Shown: positions 48,708 to 59,400 of the stretch, one piece after another | Layout: each line of letters opens with the position of its first letter | Position numbering within the stretch: the stretch's first letter is position 1 | Assembly (NCBI GenBank): GCA_001780985.1 | Contig: MFJV01000001.1 | Span: 428,049 to 492,048 of the forward strand | Direction: 5' to 3' | DNA: 64,000 nucleotides | Origin: Candidatus Gottesmanbacteria bacterium RIFCSPLOWO2_01_FULL_43_11b | GTDB taxonomy: Bacteria; Patescibacteriota; Microgenomatia; UBA10105; UBA927 | The notes under the pieces: model-generated | What the model was told of the DNA's origin: nothing | Seen by the model: the letters and a program-made list of their open reading frames with translations, nothing else | The model's database searches: none | Position numbers and translations under genes: made by a program

Positions 48708-50556
48708 TAAAATCCTATAGGCGGGAATTCGTCTTTATCAAAATAATACAGCGCTTCACGACAATGAGATCCTGCATATGTGTCTTTCTGACAGATTTGT
48801 AGCAACTGGCGCGCTTCTTGTCTCTGACCAACAGCAAGAAGTAAGCTTGCATATTCTATCCACATATGTCCCCAAGAAGGTGATAGGGACGCAGCTGCCT
48901 GCCAAAACGGAACTGCTTTCTCCAAGTTTCCCTTATTAATATACTCAAGTCCAATTATGTAAAACTTTGGAGTCCACTCTTCATTTAATCCGCTGCTACC
49001 CAGCAAGACTAATTCGTCCCTTATCTCGTTTATCATTTGGTGTGTCAAAAGAAATTCAAAAAACGTGTTTTTTATATCTTTATTCTTTGGGTCCGATTGG
49101 ACAGCTTTTTCATAGAGACGTGCTGCGTTTTGCAATTGGTCTATTCCTGCGTAATTTTTTGCAAGCTCATATAACACATCTGGATCTCTTTTATTAAAAT
49201 ACAGTATCGCCCGTTTAATTCGCTCGTCCTGTAACGAGGGTGGGGTAATAACAAGATATGCCTTGGCGCGGACGATATCAAACGGCGCTATAAGAAGAGG
49301 CAGGTCGTGGCGATCGGTAAGCAACGCGACGACGTTGCTACTTGTCCAGAGAAGATAAAAAAGACAAATAATACCAATTGATATACCAAGAGAATACTCT
49401 GTGCTTTTTTTCTTTAATTCTGGAACGAAACGGGAAAGACAGACCCCAAGTGCTGCCCAAAACAACAACCATATAACAAAATAGGAAAGAACAAATTCAA
49501 AAAAGGAATAAATAAAAATGAGAACAAGTCCCCAAAACAACGGCGTTGTCCACTGGTCCGAAGAAAAATGTTTTTTGTGTAGTGCTCTCAACATAATTCT
49601 AACGTAACATACCGCTAACCACCCAAATGCCAAAAGTCCAAGGATACCCATCTCTACTGCAATCTCAAGGGGCTGGCTGTGCGCAAACCAGGAGGAAAAT
49701 TGAGAAGATATTTGAAGGCGTTTTGAAACGAGAGAAAATGTTCCCGGACCACTCCCAAACATCGGTTTTTCCTTAACAGCCTCAAGCGCCTGTCGCCAGT
49801 ATTCAAGTCTGCTCTCAGTAGAATAGGGACGAAAAAGCGATCCTTTATTTATAAAAAATGGCGCCAGCGCAACAACAAAAAGACTGACAGATGTAGCCAT
49901 GTATAAAACTTTTGTTAATTTCGTGTTGTTTTGAATAAGAGAGAAAATCGCAATATATGCTCCCACCACTATCCATGCTCCCCGTGCACCAGTAAAAATT
50001 AGCAATAGCAAAAAGCACAAGGCAACTAAAATATTTATGGGTCGACGAACTTTCTGAAGCAAGACAGTGACGAGCGGGGTGATAAAAACGAGAATATTAG
50101 CTAGGTGATTGTAACCACCGTACTTTGCCAAAAGGTTCATCGACGGCAACATTGATCTAAACTACGGAAACGCAAATGATGCTAAAGAGATAAGTGCAGC
50201 CCACACCGTAAAAAAAGGAGACCAAATGAAAAAACTTTCGCTGAGTTGTCTGAGGCGATAGTATAAAATAGCCGAAACACGAGATATCCACTCGCAAGAC
50301 GAACGATCCAGGACACCGAATAACCAATGCTGTCAGAAAAAACGGTTGATACTATTGCAACAACACCAATTGCTATCCATGGAAAAAGAAAAGGGTGAGG
50401 TAGCGGGCGAGCCACAAATCCTAACCAGCGGTGCAAAACCCACAAGAGGATGACCAATATTGCCCCATATATTTCAACGACTGGTTGTTTTCCATCTCCC
50501 AAAAGGATTCCTATCCCCAACAAAACAAAAAAAAGCGAAATTATTTTTTTGGCCAT
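48665..50556 (-). pseudogene. O-antigen ligase + TPR protein, disrupted near its N-terminus
   Basis: TGARGAW, R..YW, FGSGPGTF, AHS motifs, TPRs; frameshift at a T7 run (50210-50216) plus in-frame TAG at 50164-50162. Confidence 0.75.
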
Positions 50557-50597
50557 CTTAATTTCATACTATACCACAAGGATTTTTTAACAAGCCC

Positions 50598-50644
50598 TTG
50601 ACAACGGTGGATAACTTTTCTAGTATGTGGACAACTTGTCCACC
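50598..50644 (+). promoter_or_regulatory. dnaA promoter with DnaA boxes
   Basis: TTGACA-17-TAGTAT; boxes GGTGGATAA 50606, TGTGGACAA 50626, TTGTCCACC 50636. Confidence 0.75.
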
Positions 50645-50658
50645 TCGCCCCCCTTCTT

Positions 50659-52029
50659 ATGGATATCGAAAAACTTTGGAAAACAATCCTTGCCGAAATA
50701 GAGCTTTCTGTAAGTAAGCCAACCTTCCACACGCACTTTGCGCAAACGAAACTTGTCAATCTCAAAGACGGAGTCGCTACTATTGGTTGCACAAGTCCGC
50801 TCATGCGGACTCTTATTGAGACAAAGTATTACAGCTTAGTAAAAAGCCTCCTTGATGCACATACAAAATTAAATACCAGCCTGGTTTTTGTAGTGCTGCC
50901 AAAACAACTCACAGAAAAAGAGGCAGGACCACTTTTTGCTCAGGCCTTATCGTCTCCTTCAACCGACTTTATTGCGCTTGCTAAAAATCTTCGTATTAAT
51001 CCAAGCTATACGTTTGAAAATTTTGCCGTATCTACGACCAACCAGCTCGCTTACGCTGCCGCAACCGCGGTGGCCAAAACCCCCGGAGATGCGTACAATC
51101 CTCTGATTATTTATGGCGGGGTGGGGGTCGGAAAAACGCATCTCATGCATGCGGTTGCCAACCGGCTCATAAATAAAAAGCCGGGGACGCGCGTCGTGTG
51201 TTCTATGGGTGAAGAATTCCTTAATGAAATTATTGCCGCCATTCAAACGAAGTCCACACAAGCGTTTAAGAGGCGCTATCGGAGCGCGCAACTCCTCCTT
51301 ATCGACGACGTACAGTTTATCGCAGGAAAAGTCACGGCCCAGGAAGAGTTTTTTCACACGTTCAATGCGGTTGTGCGGGAGGGGGGGCAGCTTATTCTTA
51401 CCAGCGACCGGCCACCGGGAGAAATTGCGCGGCTTGAAGATAGGCTCCGTAGTCGTTTTGAGGGGGGACTTGCTGTGGATATTTCTCCGCCGGACTTTGA
51501 ACTTCGCGCCGCAATTGTCAACATTAAAGCAGTCTCTTTAGGAGTGGTCGTTCCTGCTGACGTAGGCCAGTTGATTGCTGCAAATATCACTGATACGCGT
51601 GCAATCGAGGGGTTTTTGAGAAGACTAGCAACCGAGGCAGCAACGCGCGGAACGCCTCCCTCAATTGAGCTAGTTTCTTCTCTGCTTCGCATTAAAGATG
51701 AGGGTGGTGCGGGTGAAGGGTCTCACCGCGTTTCTCCCCAAGAGCTTCTGGAGGCCGTAGCAAACCACTTCGGCATTAAACAAACAACGCTCAAGGGGCC
51801 CAAACGGGACCGGCCCATTGCCCGTCCGCGCCAGGTGTTTATGTACCTTGCCAGGGTTGAGTTGGGTCTTACACACGATGACATCGGTGGACTTTTGGGC
51901 GGCCGGGATCACACAACTGTTATGCACGGCGTTTCCACAATAACGCAAGAACTTTCCACAAACGTTGCGCTTCGACAGGGGGTTGAGGGGATAAAAAACA
52001 ATCTTTTCCACTTATCCACAAAGTCGTAG
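50659..52029 (+). CDS. dnaA: Chromosomal replication initiator DnaA
   Basis: YNPL.IYGGVGVGKTHL, LLIDDVQF, RLRSRF, GGRDHTTV. Confidence 0.99.
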   Translation: MDIEKLWKTILAEIELSVSKPTFHTHFAQTKLVNLKDGVATIGCTSPLMRTLIETKYYSLVKSLLDAHTKLNTSLVFVVLPKQLTEKEAGPLFAQALSSPSTDFIALAKNLRINPSYTFENFAVSTTNQLAYAAATAVAKTPGDAYNPLIIYGGVGVGKTHLMHAVANRLINKKPGTRVVCSMGEEFLNEIIAAIQTKSTQAFKRRYRSAQLLLIDDVQFIAGKVTAQEEFFHTFNAVVREGGQLILTSDRPPGEIARLEDRLRSRFEGGLAVDISPPDFELRAAIVNIKAVSLGVVVPADVGQLIAANITDTRAIEGFLRRLATEAATRGTPPSIELVSSLLRIKDEGGAGEGSHRVSPQELLEAVANHFGIKQTTLKGPKRDRPIARPRQVFMYLARVELGLTHDDIGGLLGGRDHTTVMHGVSTITQELSTNVALRQGVEGIKNNLFHLSTKS

Positions 52030-52170
52030 AATTTATCCACATAAATTTCCCCTCGCTCCGCTCGGGGTAAACCCCCTTGTTTGTGTTGATTTTTTCCGGC
52101 CGTTGACACCCAAAGCAAAAAAGCATACACTTTTCCACACGTATTATTACTAACTACTACTATTTAATTT
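52004..52170 (+). other. Replication origin oriC (DnaA boxes + DnaA-trios)
   Basis: TTATCCACA at 52012 and 52033, TTTTCCACA at 52131, followed by TATTATTACTAACTACTACTA trio array and an AT-rich tract. Confidence 0.85.
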
Positions 52171-53280
52171 ATGATTATTAGTATCCTGCAAGAAAACCTG
52201 CTTAAGGCTCTTACAAGAACGGGGAGAATACTCTCGTCAAAACCGCAGCTTCCCATAACGCAAAGCGTTTTATTAACAACCAAAGAGGGGCGCCTGTGTG
52301 CGGTTACTACCAACCTTGAAACAACAGAGCGCGTGTGGGTTGGAGCAAAAGTAGAAAAAGAAGGGGGAGCGTGTGTTTCCTCGCGTCTTCTAACCGAGCT
52401 TGTTTTGACGCTACCAACAGAAACCGCCCGGCTGCAGGGGGTTGACGGAGGGCTCTCCGTTTCCTGTGCAGGATTTAAAGCGAGCCTTCCCGGGGTTCCC
52501 ACACAAGAGTTTCCTCCAACCCCGGAGATTAAGGAAAAAGACAGAGAAAAAACAAACAAAGACACGTTCGCTTCCGCTCTGTCTCTTGTTCTGTTTGCAG
52601 CAGCAACCGACGAAGGAAGGCCGATGTTAACCGGCGCGCGGTTTTTAACAGAAGGGAAAACGACAACAATTGCAGCAACCGATGGGTACAGATTGTCACT
52701 CAAAAAGATTCCTGCGATGAGTCGAGAGGATCTTGACATGGTTGTTCCTGCAAGAGCGCTCCTCGAGGTTGTGAAGTCAAGCTCCGAAGAAAAAGAGGCA
52801 CAGGAAATTTTCTTTTCGAAAACCGACGGAAGCCAGCTTGCGTTTTCCGTTGGGGACACGGACATTATTACCAGAATTATTGACGGCGAATATCCGAACA
52901 TTGCAAAAATAGTTCCGACAAGCTTTACGACAAGAGCCCTCTTTGACAAGGAACAACTTTCCCGCGCGGTTAAGTCTGCGGCCGTGTTTGCGCGCGACAA
53001 CGCAAACATTATCCGATTCACCCTTGAAAACCAAGCGGTGACAATCTCAGCAGAATCTGCTCAGGTTGGGAAGAATGAGGTTGAGGTTTCGAGTAAAATT
53101 GATGGAGACGGCGGGGAGATTGCCTTTAATAGCAGGTTCCTTTTAGAGTTTTTAGCAAATTTCCCCGAACCAGAGGTTCTCTTTGAAATGACCGGAAGTC
53201 TCAACCCCGGCGTTTTTCGCCAGGTCAAGGACGACTCGTTTCTCCACATCATCATGCCCGTTCGGACCACCTCAGGGTAA
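52171..53280 (+). CDS. dnaN: DNA polymerase III beta clamp
   Basis: TNLE, ATDGYRL, GEYPN, IAFN, IIMPVR. Confidence 0.98.
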   Translation: MIISILQENLLKALTRTGRILSSKPQLPITQSVLLTTKEGRLCAVTTNLETTERVWVGAKVEKEGGACVSSRLLTELVLTLPTETARLQGVDGGLSVSCAGFKASLPGVPTQEFPPTPEIKEKDREKTNKDTFASALSLVLFAAATDEGRPMLTGARFLTEGKTTTIAATDGYRLSLKKIPAMSREDLDMVVPARALLEVVKSSSEEKEAQEIFFSKTDGSQLAFSVGDTDIITRIIDGEYPNIAKIVPTSFTTRALFDKEQLSRAVKSAAVFARDNANIIRFTLENQAVTISAESAQVGKNEVEVSSKIDGDGGEIAFNSRFLLEFLANFPEPEVLFEMTGSLNPGVFRQVKDDSFLHIIMPVRTTSG

Positions 53281-53292
53281 ACCGGTTCGGGT

Positions 53293-54291
53293 TCAAGGGT
53301 GAGCAGACGCCATAACAACCGCAATAAATTGTTGAGTCGCTCCAGAAGCCGTAGTTCCCGCCCCCTCAAAGAAATATGCCGGATGAAGCGCACTCCCTAA
53401 AACAAGGTAGTATAAGGCGGCGTTCAAGATTTTTGCATTGACAAAGGCAGGAGTTGTTCCGTAGCCGAGCGCCTCTCCTTGCGTAACTCCGACCAGTGCA
53501 CCACGACCTGCATTTAGGTTTGCCACAGCGTCCGTAAGAGAAATAACTGCGGTTGTGCCCTGCAGGGCAAGTTTCGTTGGAGGAATGACGTACGACATAG
53601 AGCGAATTACCCCTCGTTCATCAACGACGGACTGTATCCAATCGGGTGAATATTCCTGGGTTAGCAAACCGTATCCACCAACAGAGAAACCCCATGTGTA
53701 TCCAAACAGGCCCGGAACCGGCCGCTCAAGAACAACCAAGCCATCAAAGCCGTCATCGAAAGCCCCCAGGTTTTTTAGAGAAATTTCTTGAGGCAAAGAA
53801 AACACAGAGTGCACGAAGGCGTTTGCGGACAGCTCTGGAGGAGAGAGCGATATGCCCGCAGGAGCGCGAAGTTGTTGGTAAGAGAACGCAATAATGTTTT
53901 TTGTTTTTGAGAGGACAAAACTTTTTTCTTTCTCGTTGCGAAGATATGAAAAAGTGTCTCCACTAATTACTGCCGAGGGAGAAGCGGCAAAACCAAGCCG
54001 TGTTGACAAGCTTTCTGCAAGAGACATGAGAGCATTGATAGAAACATCTTGAGTTACGGCATAGAGGGGAAGGGTTGTTGGTATTTGAATTTCTGACCCG
54101 ACGTATTCAAAGATTGTCCCAGAAGGGGTTATTGGAAAGTCTATAGACCGCGGCGGGGGCTCGACATACACAGTAGGCAGCGGAAGCTTTTGAGAAAAAG
54201 ACGGTTTTTCTCTCGTTCTGCTTTCAAACCACGCACCAACAGCCACGGTGATGATTATTAAGAAAAAGATGAATAGGTAACGTAGTTTCAT
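53293..54291 (-). CDS. Hypothetical exported/membrane-anchored protein
   Basis: N-terminal TM helix; last gene of the VirB4 cluster. Confidence 0.7.
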   Translation of the reverse strand: MKLRYLFIFFLIIITVAVGAWFESRTREKPSFSQKLPLPTVYVEPPPRSIDFPITPSGTIFEYVGSEIQIPTTLPLYAVTQDVSINALMSLAESLSTRLGFAASPSAVISGDTFSYLRNEKEKSFVLSKTKNIIAFSYQQLRAPAGISLSPPELSANAFVHSVFSLPQEISLKNLGAFDDGFDGLVVLERPVPGLFGYTWGFSVGGYGLLTQEYSPDWIQSVVDERGVIRSMSYVIPPTKLALQGTTAVISLTDAVANLNAGRGALVGVTQGEALGYGTTPAFVNAKILNAALYYLVLGSALHPAYFFEGAGTTASGATQQFIAVVMASAHP

Positions 54292-54299
54292 TGTTTTTA

Positions 54300-56396
54300 T
54301 TATGATCCTGTTTGAATAACGGGACAATCGAGACACCCGCGCGTGTTATTTGAACACCCTAGTACCTCCTGCGCTTGCGATGGTGTCAACGGTAAAAGAT
54401 CAAGAATGTTTCCTGGACCACTTTGAATGCCAACGTGAAGGTGGTTGCTGGTTGATGAGCCGTTATTATCAACTTTTCCAATTTGGGTTACCCCCTTTGT
54501 TACAGATTGTCCTTTGGAAACCAAATTAATGGTTGTTAAAGAAAGATGTGCGTAGCGTATAATTGCTCCGTTCGGCGTTTCAATGTCAACATAATTTCCC
54601 CACCCCTGATTACAGCGGGATGTTCTGGATGGTCCTACCGCAGTGTCAGCGCATCTACCTCGTACGTCTGAAATTGTTCCATCCGTTATGCTGTAAACTT
54701 CTGTGCCATAATTAGCCCCAATGTCAACGGCATTCATACTTGCATGGGAAGATCTACACGTTGCGTACGGTCCTTGTGTAATGTAGCCGTTTGTAGGCCA
54801 GAGACAGTCTCCTGTTGAGCACGGGGTAAGCGTACAGCGGGGATCCTCGGGTGTTTGCGAGCAGTTAATGATTGGTCCGCCGCTGCCATAACCACCGCCT
54901 ACGCGTTCCCCTTGAAACGGTCCAAATTCTGAAACTGTTTTGAAAAAGAAAAGTATCGGAAAACCGATGACGACGAAAAGAAGAGAGGCAATGACGATCC
55001 ACTCAGCCGAAGCCCAAAAACTTTGTGGTTTTCCGGGCCCTCTCCTGCCGAAAAACGATGCAAAAACGCTTCCCCCAAGCCAGCCGAGAATCACTCCGGG
55101 AAGCCCACCAATGGCTCCAACAAGTCCGCCAAACCAGCGACCAACCGTTCCGCTACCAGCTTTTGCAACAACAGCACTCGTTGCTTTTCGAATCCCCCAA
55201 CCGGAAGCTTCGTTAAAAAACAGATGGAATAGTCCGGGAGAACGACTGTGGGAGTCAGCAACCCTGACTTGATTAACTGTGTATGATTCCGGCGCAAGCC
55301 CTAAGACTTCTAAAACAAATACATCTACAGCAACAGGAGGCCCGGCAATAGAACTGGCGAGATCCCAGATGAATGAGCGCGCCCGACCGCCGCCTTTCCC
55401 AAAAACTTTATTTCCCCGTTCTATAGCATTCTGAAAAACAGGCGATTCAACAATCAGGCTCCCCACTCTCTCCTGAGTTTTTTCAATCGCTCCCTCAATT
55501 TTTCCTAACCAGACAGACCGTACGATATCATCGCGGACGTTTTTGGGATAGATAGAAAGAAGCGCATCGGCAACGCCTTGAACAGGCTGCCGGAGCCCCG
55601 AAACTCCAATCTTTGAGAAAACCCCGGGTTTGATTTCAATATCCGATGAAGGGGTTGCCTCGAGCGCTTCGGCAACACGGGCAAGTCGATCCACAACCTC
55701 AAACGAAGGCGCTGGATCAACGCTCGCTAGAGTAGCGTACGTTTCAAGCCATCGTGCTTTGTCGGTGCCCGACCACTCAAACATTTTTTGAGTTATTTCT
55801 TCTTCCGAAGGAAGTGGGGCAGCAAGGACTCGAATTGTCTTATCGGCTTTTTCTAAAACAATTTCTGCAATCGGTTTAACCCGCTTTCCAAATTCTTCAG
55901 ATCGGGCGCTTGTTGCGGCAATTCGAACTAAAGCCAACCCCATTTCCTCGCGGAGCTTCCGGGGGTCCCTCGTTTCTTTTGCGAGTTTTGAAAGTTCATC
56001 AACAAGGCGTTGTTGAAGCGCTGGCTCATTCGGGAAACGGGCAAGAGCGCGTAGTTCATCTACATATGCTCCGGCGATGCGCCCGATGTTTTGACGCCGC
56101 GACCCCTCGATCTTGTCGGTAATGTGGGGAAGATTTTCAGAAATTGACTCAACGAGAACTCCTGGAGCGATCTGCTCAAATTCCGCCTGTTGCTCGGGCG
56201 GTGTGTTTTCTTTGAGAAACAATACAAATTCTGTTGAAAATTGCTCGAGAATCTCTAAAAATTGGGTGTTTGTAAAGACAAATGGAACTCCGGAGAGAGC
56301 GAGGTTTTTTTTAAATTGCTCGTATTTTCCCGGATAAAACTCGTGGGCAATGAGGAGGTTTTTGAGTCCCTGCGTAAATTTTTGTTCGTCTGCCAT
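54300..56396 (-). CDS. Large membrane protein with C-terminal M23 peptidase domain
   Basis: H....AVDIG, GWGNYV, YAHL, G.ST..HLH after a TM helix. Confidence 0.85.
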   Translation of the reverse strand: MADEQKFTQGLKNLLIAHEFYPGKYEQFKKNLALSGVPFVFTNTQFLEILEQFSTEFVLFLKENTPPEQQAEFEQIAPGVLVESISENLPHITDKIEGSRRQNIGRIAGAYVDELRALARFPNEPALQQRLVDELSKLAKETRDPRKLREEMGLALVRIAATSARSEEFGKRVKPIAEIVLEKADKTIRVLAAPLPSEEEITQKMFEWSGTDKARWLETYATLASVDPAPSFEVVDRLARVAEALEATPSSDIEIKPGVFSKIGVSGLRQPVQGVADALLSIYPKNVRDDIVRSVWLGKIEGAIEKTQERVGSLIVESPVFQNAIERGNKVFGKGGGRARSFIWDLASSIAGPPVAVDVFVLEVLGLAPESYTVNQVRVADSHSRSPGLFHLFFNEASGWGIRKATSAVVAKAGSGTVGRWFGGLVGAIGGLPGVILGWLGGSVFASFFGRRGPGKPQSFWASAEWIVIASLLFVVIGFPILFFFKTVSEFGPFQGERVGGGYGSGGPIINCSQTPEDPRCTLTPCSTGDCLWPTNGYITQGPYATCRSSHASMNAVDIGANYGTEVYSITDGTISDVRGRCADTAVGPSRTSRCNQGWGNYVDIETPNGAIIRYAHLSLTTINLVSKGQSVTKGVTQIGKVDNNGSSTSNHLHVGIQSGPGNILDLLPLTPSQAQEVLGCSNNTRGCLDCPVIQTGS

Positions 56397-56400
56397 AGGA

Positions 56401-59400
56401 TCATTTCTCATTTACCGGCTCAACGGTAAATATGGGTCGTGCTGGCATGTTTGGTTGAGGTGAGGGTGTCGGTTGTGCCGGTTGTTTTTGCGCTCTTGAC
56501 TCTAATTCCTGCGGTTTTGTGGTGGCAAGCGCATGTTCTTCAGGGCTTGCAATAACGCGCATTGCCGCATGAGCAGGTCCGGCAAAAAGCAAACCCTCGC
56601 CGATGTCTGCAGCCAGCAATAAATGTTTTTCTCCCTCAGACAGGTAAAAAATCTCTGCGACCTTATCAATTGCAGCTGAGGACTGTTTGAGAAGAATTTG
56701 CATGGAACTATTCTGAATAATTGCTTTCCCCAACTCCACCGCAAGGAAATCTTCAACATCTTGAGTAATCGTCGTGACCCCAAGGTAGTATTTCCGTGCG
56801 CGCTTGGCAATCGAATTTAGAAATGTTGCCGAATCCGGGTATTTCATCATGTACCACGCCTCATCGACGATTAAAAGTCTTCTTTTTGTGTCTTTTCTGA
56901 TTTTGGTCCAGATAAAATCAAGAATAAGATACATGGCAATGGGGCGCAGTTCCTCCTCAAGATCGCGGATGGAAAATACGGTGAGCGGATTTCTAATTTC
57001 CACATTGGTTTGCGCATCAAAAATTCCCACCATGCTGCCTTTGACAAACTTTTCTATGCGGTCAGCTAAGCCCTTGGCCAAAGGCTCCTCCATACCCACA
57101 AGTGTTTTATAGAGATCTTCCATCAGAGGAGGTTCAGTCGATTGAGACGCTGGATCTGGGGTAATTCCCTTTTGCTTGTACGTTAAGACCAACGCTCGGT
57201 CAAGGAGCGCGTCTTCGCTCGGAGTAAGTTTGCCCATAACAACCCGGAAGAAACCGTGAAGGGAGAGAATTTTTTGGTTCAACTCGCTCTCTTTTTCTCC
57301 CTTATGCTGTAAAAGAGCTAAGTCAAAGGGATTTATTTTTGTATTTGTGCCAAACTGGAATCGAATATACTCGCCCCCCAATGCATGGGTAAGCGCTTCA
57401 TATTCACTCTCTGGGTCGATAATAATAACTTCTGTGTCAAACATAAGCGAACGCATCACTTCAAGTTTCACCATGTAGCTTTTTCCGGAACCGGAATTAT
57501 GAACAAATACCCCCCCAGAACCACCCAGAAAGACTTCATTGTCTACTGTTAAATCATAGACAAAGGACTCATTGTGCTTGATTTGTTCAATATTTACGAC
57601 TGGATCCCAGAAAAGATCCGACCGAGCGAGTTGACGTAGATGATGGAGTTTTTTTTCGGCGTGGCGCAAGGTCAATTGTAGCGAACGGTATCGTTTGGAA
57701 AGGACGGACACCGCATTTTGAATTGGCGGATAGGCGGTATCGCCGGGGCGCCTCGCCTCATTTCGGATAGTTGTCCAAAGCGAATTGTCATATCTCTGAA
57801 GAGAAATGCCGATTTCTTGAAATACATCATAGAGCTCGTGTTTGATTTCGGGGAGGGAGATTGTTTCACCAGAGACGGTTTTCCAGGCGCGAAAGACAGT
57901 GGTTGCCTTGGGAATGACCGCACGGTGTTTCATAAGTTTCCATGTGTGTCCTAACTCTTTCCAAAGAGCTCTGTGAAGCTGTTTGTGTTTGATGCCACGG
58001 GAAATAATGGCGTCAACGGAGGGAAGGTTCTTCAGTTGCATGACGCGGCCACGAAGCGACCGAAGTTCGATAATGCGATTTTCCATGAGAGTAATAATCT
58101 CAATGAGTTGTTCCCGTGACGGAGAAAAAACGCCTCTTTTAAGCGGAGAAAGGTTATATGGTGCTCGTATGTCATCACCCTGATATAACTGCGCATGGAG
58201 TTTTTGTAGCGTGCGCGATAACGTGGGAATCGTATCCACGTTCGTATTGGGATGTTTTCCCAACAACCCTAAAAGTTTTTGCTGTTTTCTGAGAGTGAGA
58301 AAACCAATGGAGCTTGCAAACCTCGTAAGATGATCTCCTCCAGAAATTACCAGCTCATAATAGGTATCGCCGGTGTGTTTGCTATTGGTAGCTCTCTTCC
58401 ATTTTGTTCGGATTCTCCCTACGATTCCAAATCGAAGAAGTAAATAACAAATGTCTGATATTAAGTCACGAGATTTTGACATACAAGCAACTTCCCACCC
58501 CGACACGGTTCCGTCGCCCTCGTAGTATGCTCGCAGATACGCGGCAATCTGTGTGTTTGACAAAGAGAAAATAATGGACGGAACGCGCTTTTGACCTGAT
58601 CTTCCGCCCGCGCCCAGAGCAGAAAACAGCTTGGCATACGCATTTGGTTGAATATTGTACCCACAAAGAATACGACCAGAAGCATATCGGGGTGCTGTTT
58701 TAGCGCCGATTCCGCTGGTTGCGTTCTGAATGGCGGAAAGCACAAAGGGATCTCTGTTGTAAATGGTAAGCGTTGACGGGGAAAGGTACCCTTCGCTTGT
58801 CGTAAGCCCCAGAATCGTTAGAAGATTTGATTCCAAAGGAATAGTTTGAGGTAATCCCATTGGCCACGAAGGCACGAATGTTTTTGGATAGATAGGGCTC
58901 GTCAACCCGATTGACTCTGGGAGAAATCGTGGAACAGGCACGGCTTCTCCTACGCGCACCGCCTCACCTCGCACCGATCGCACGCGGCCATCTCTCAAAA
59001 CAACCAAGCTGTGGTCAGCAGTAACGGTAATGTGTCGTCCGCTTTTTGTGGTAATTTTATAAAGTTTTTCGCGTTTTGAAAGTGGCTTGCGCGCAGCAGT
59101 AGCGACTTGGGCCCAGCGTCCTTTGAGCTCATTGTTGTAAGCGTAGACCTCAATACCCGGAAGCCTTACTCCCTCCATCTCTTCTTCTCGGTGGGTAATA
59201 CCATGTTTGTTAATGAGAGATTCTACAAGGTTGCCGATCGTTTCCATTTTTGTTTGACCGTTTTGCCGCACGAGAACCGGTTCCCACCTTGCTATCGATT
59301 TCCCAAAAACAACCGTGTTAGCGTTTTCTAAAGTGAACCTATCAAAAACAATGAGACTGTCGTTTCCTTCGTTAATCCCGTAGAGGATGCCTTCATTGGC

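Noticed and set aside
50162-50164. Stop-codon recoding suggested by an in-frame TAG
   Set aside because: Other genes terminate normally at TAG, TGA and TAA; this gene also has a frameshift.
52164-53021. 285-aa minus-strand ORF and similar long shadow ORFs (6021-6407, 12237-12629, 34495-34938, 50959-52011)
   Set aside because: Antisense shadows of well-supported genes.
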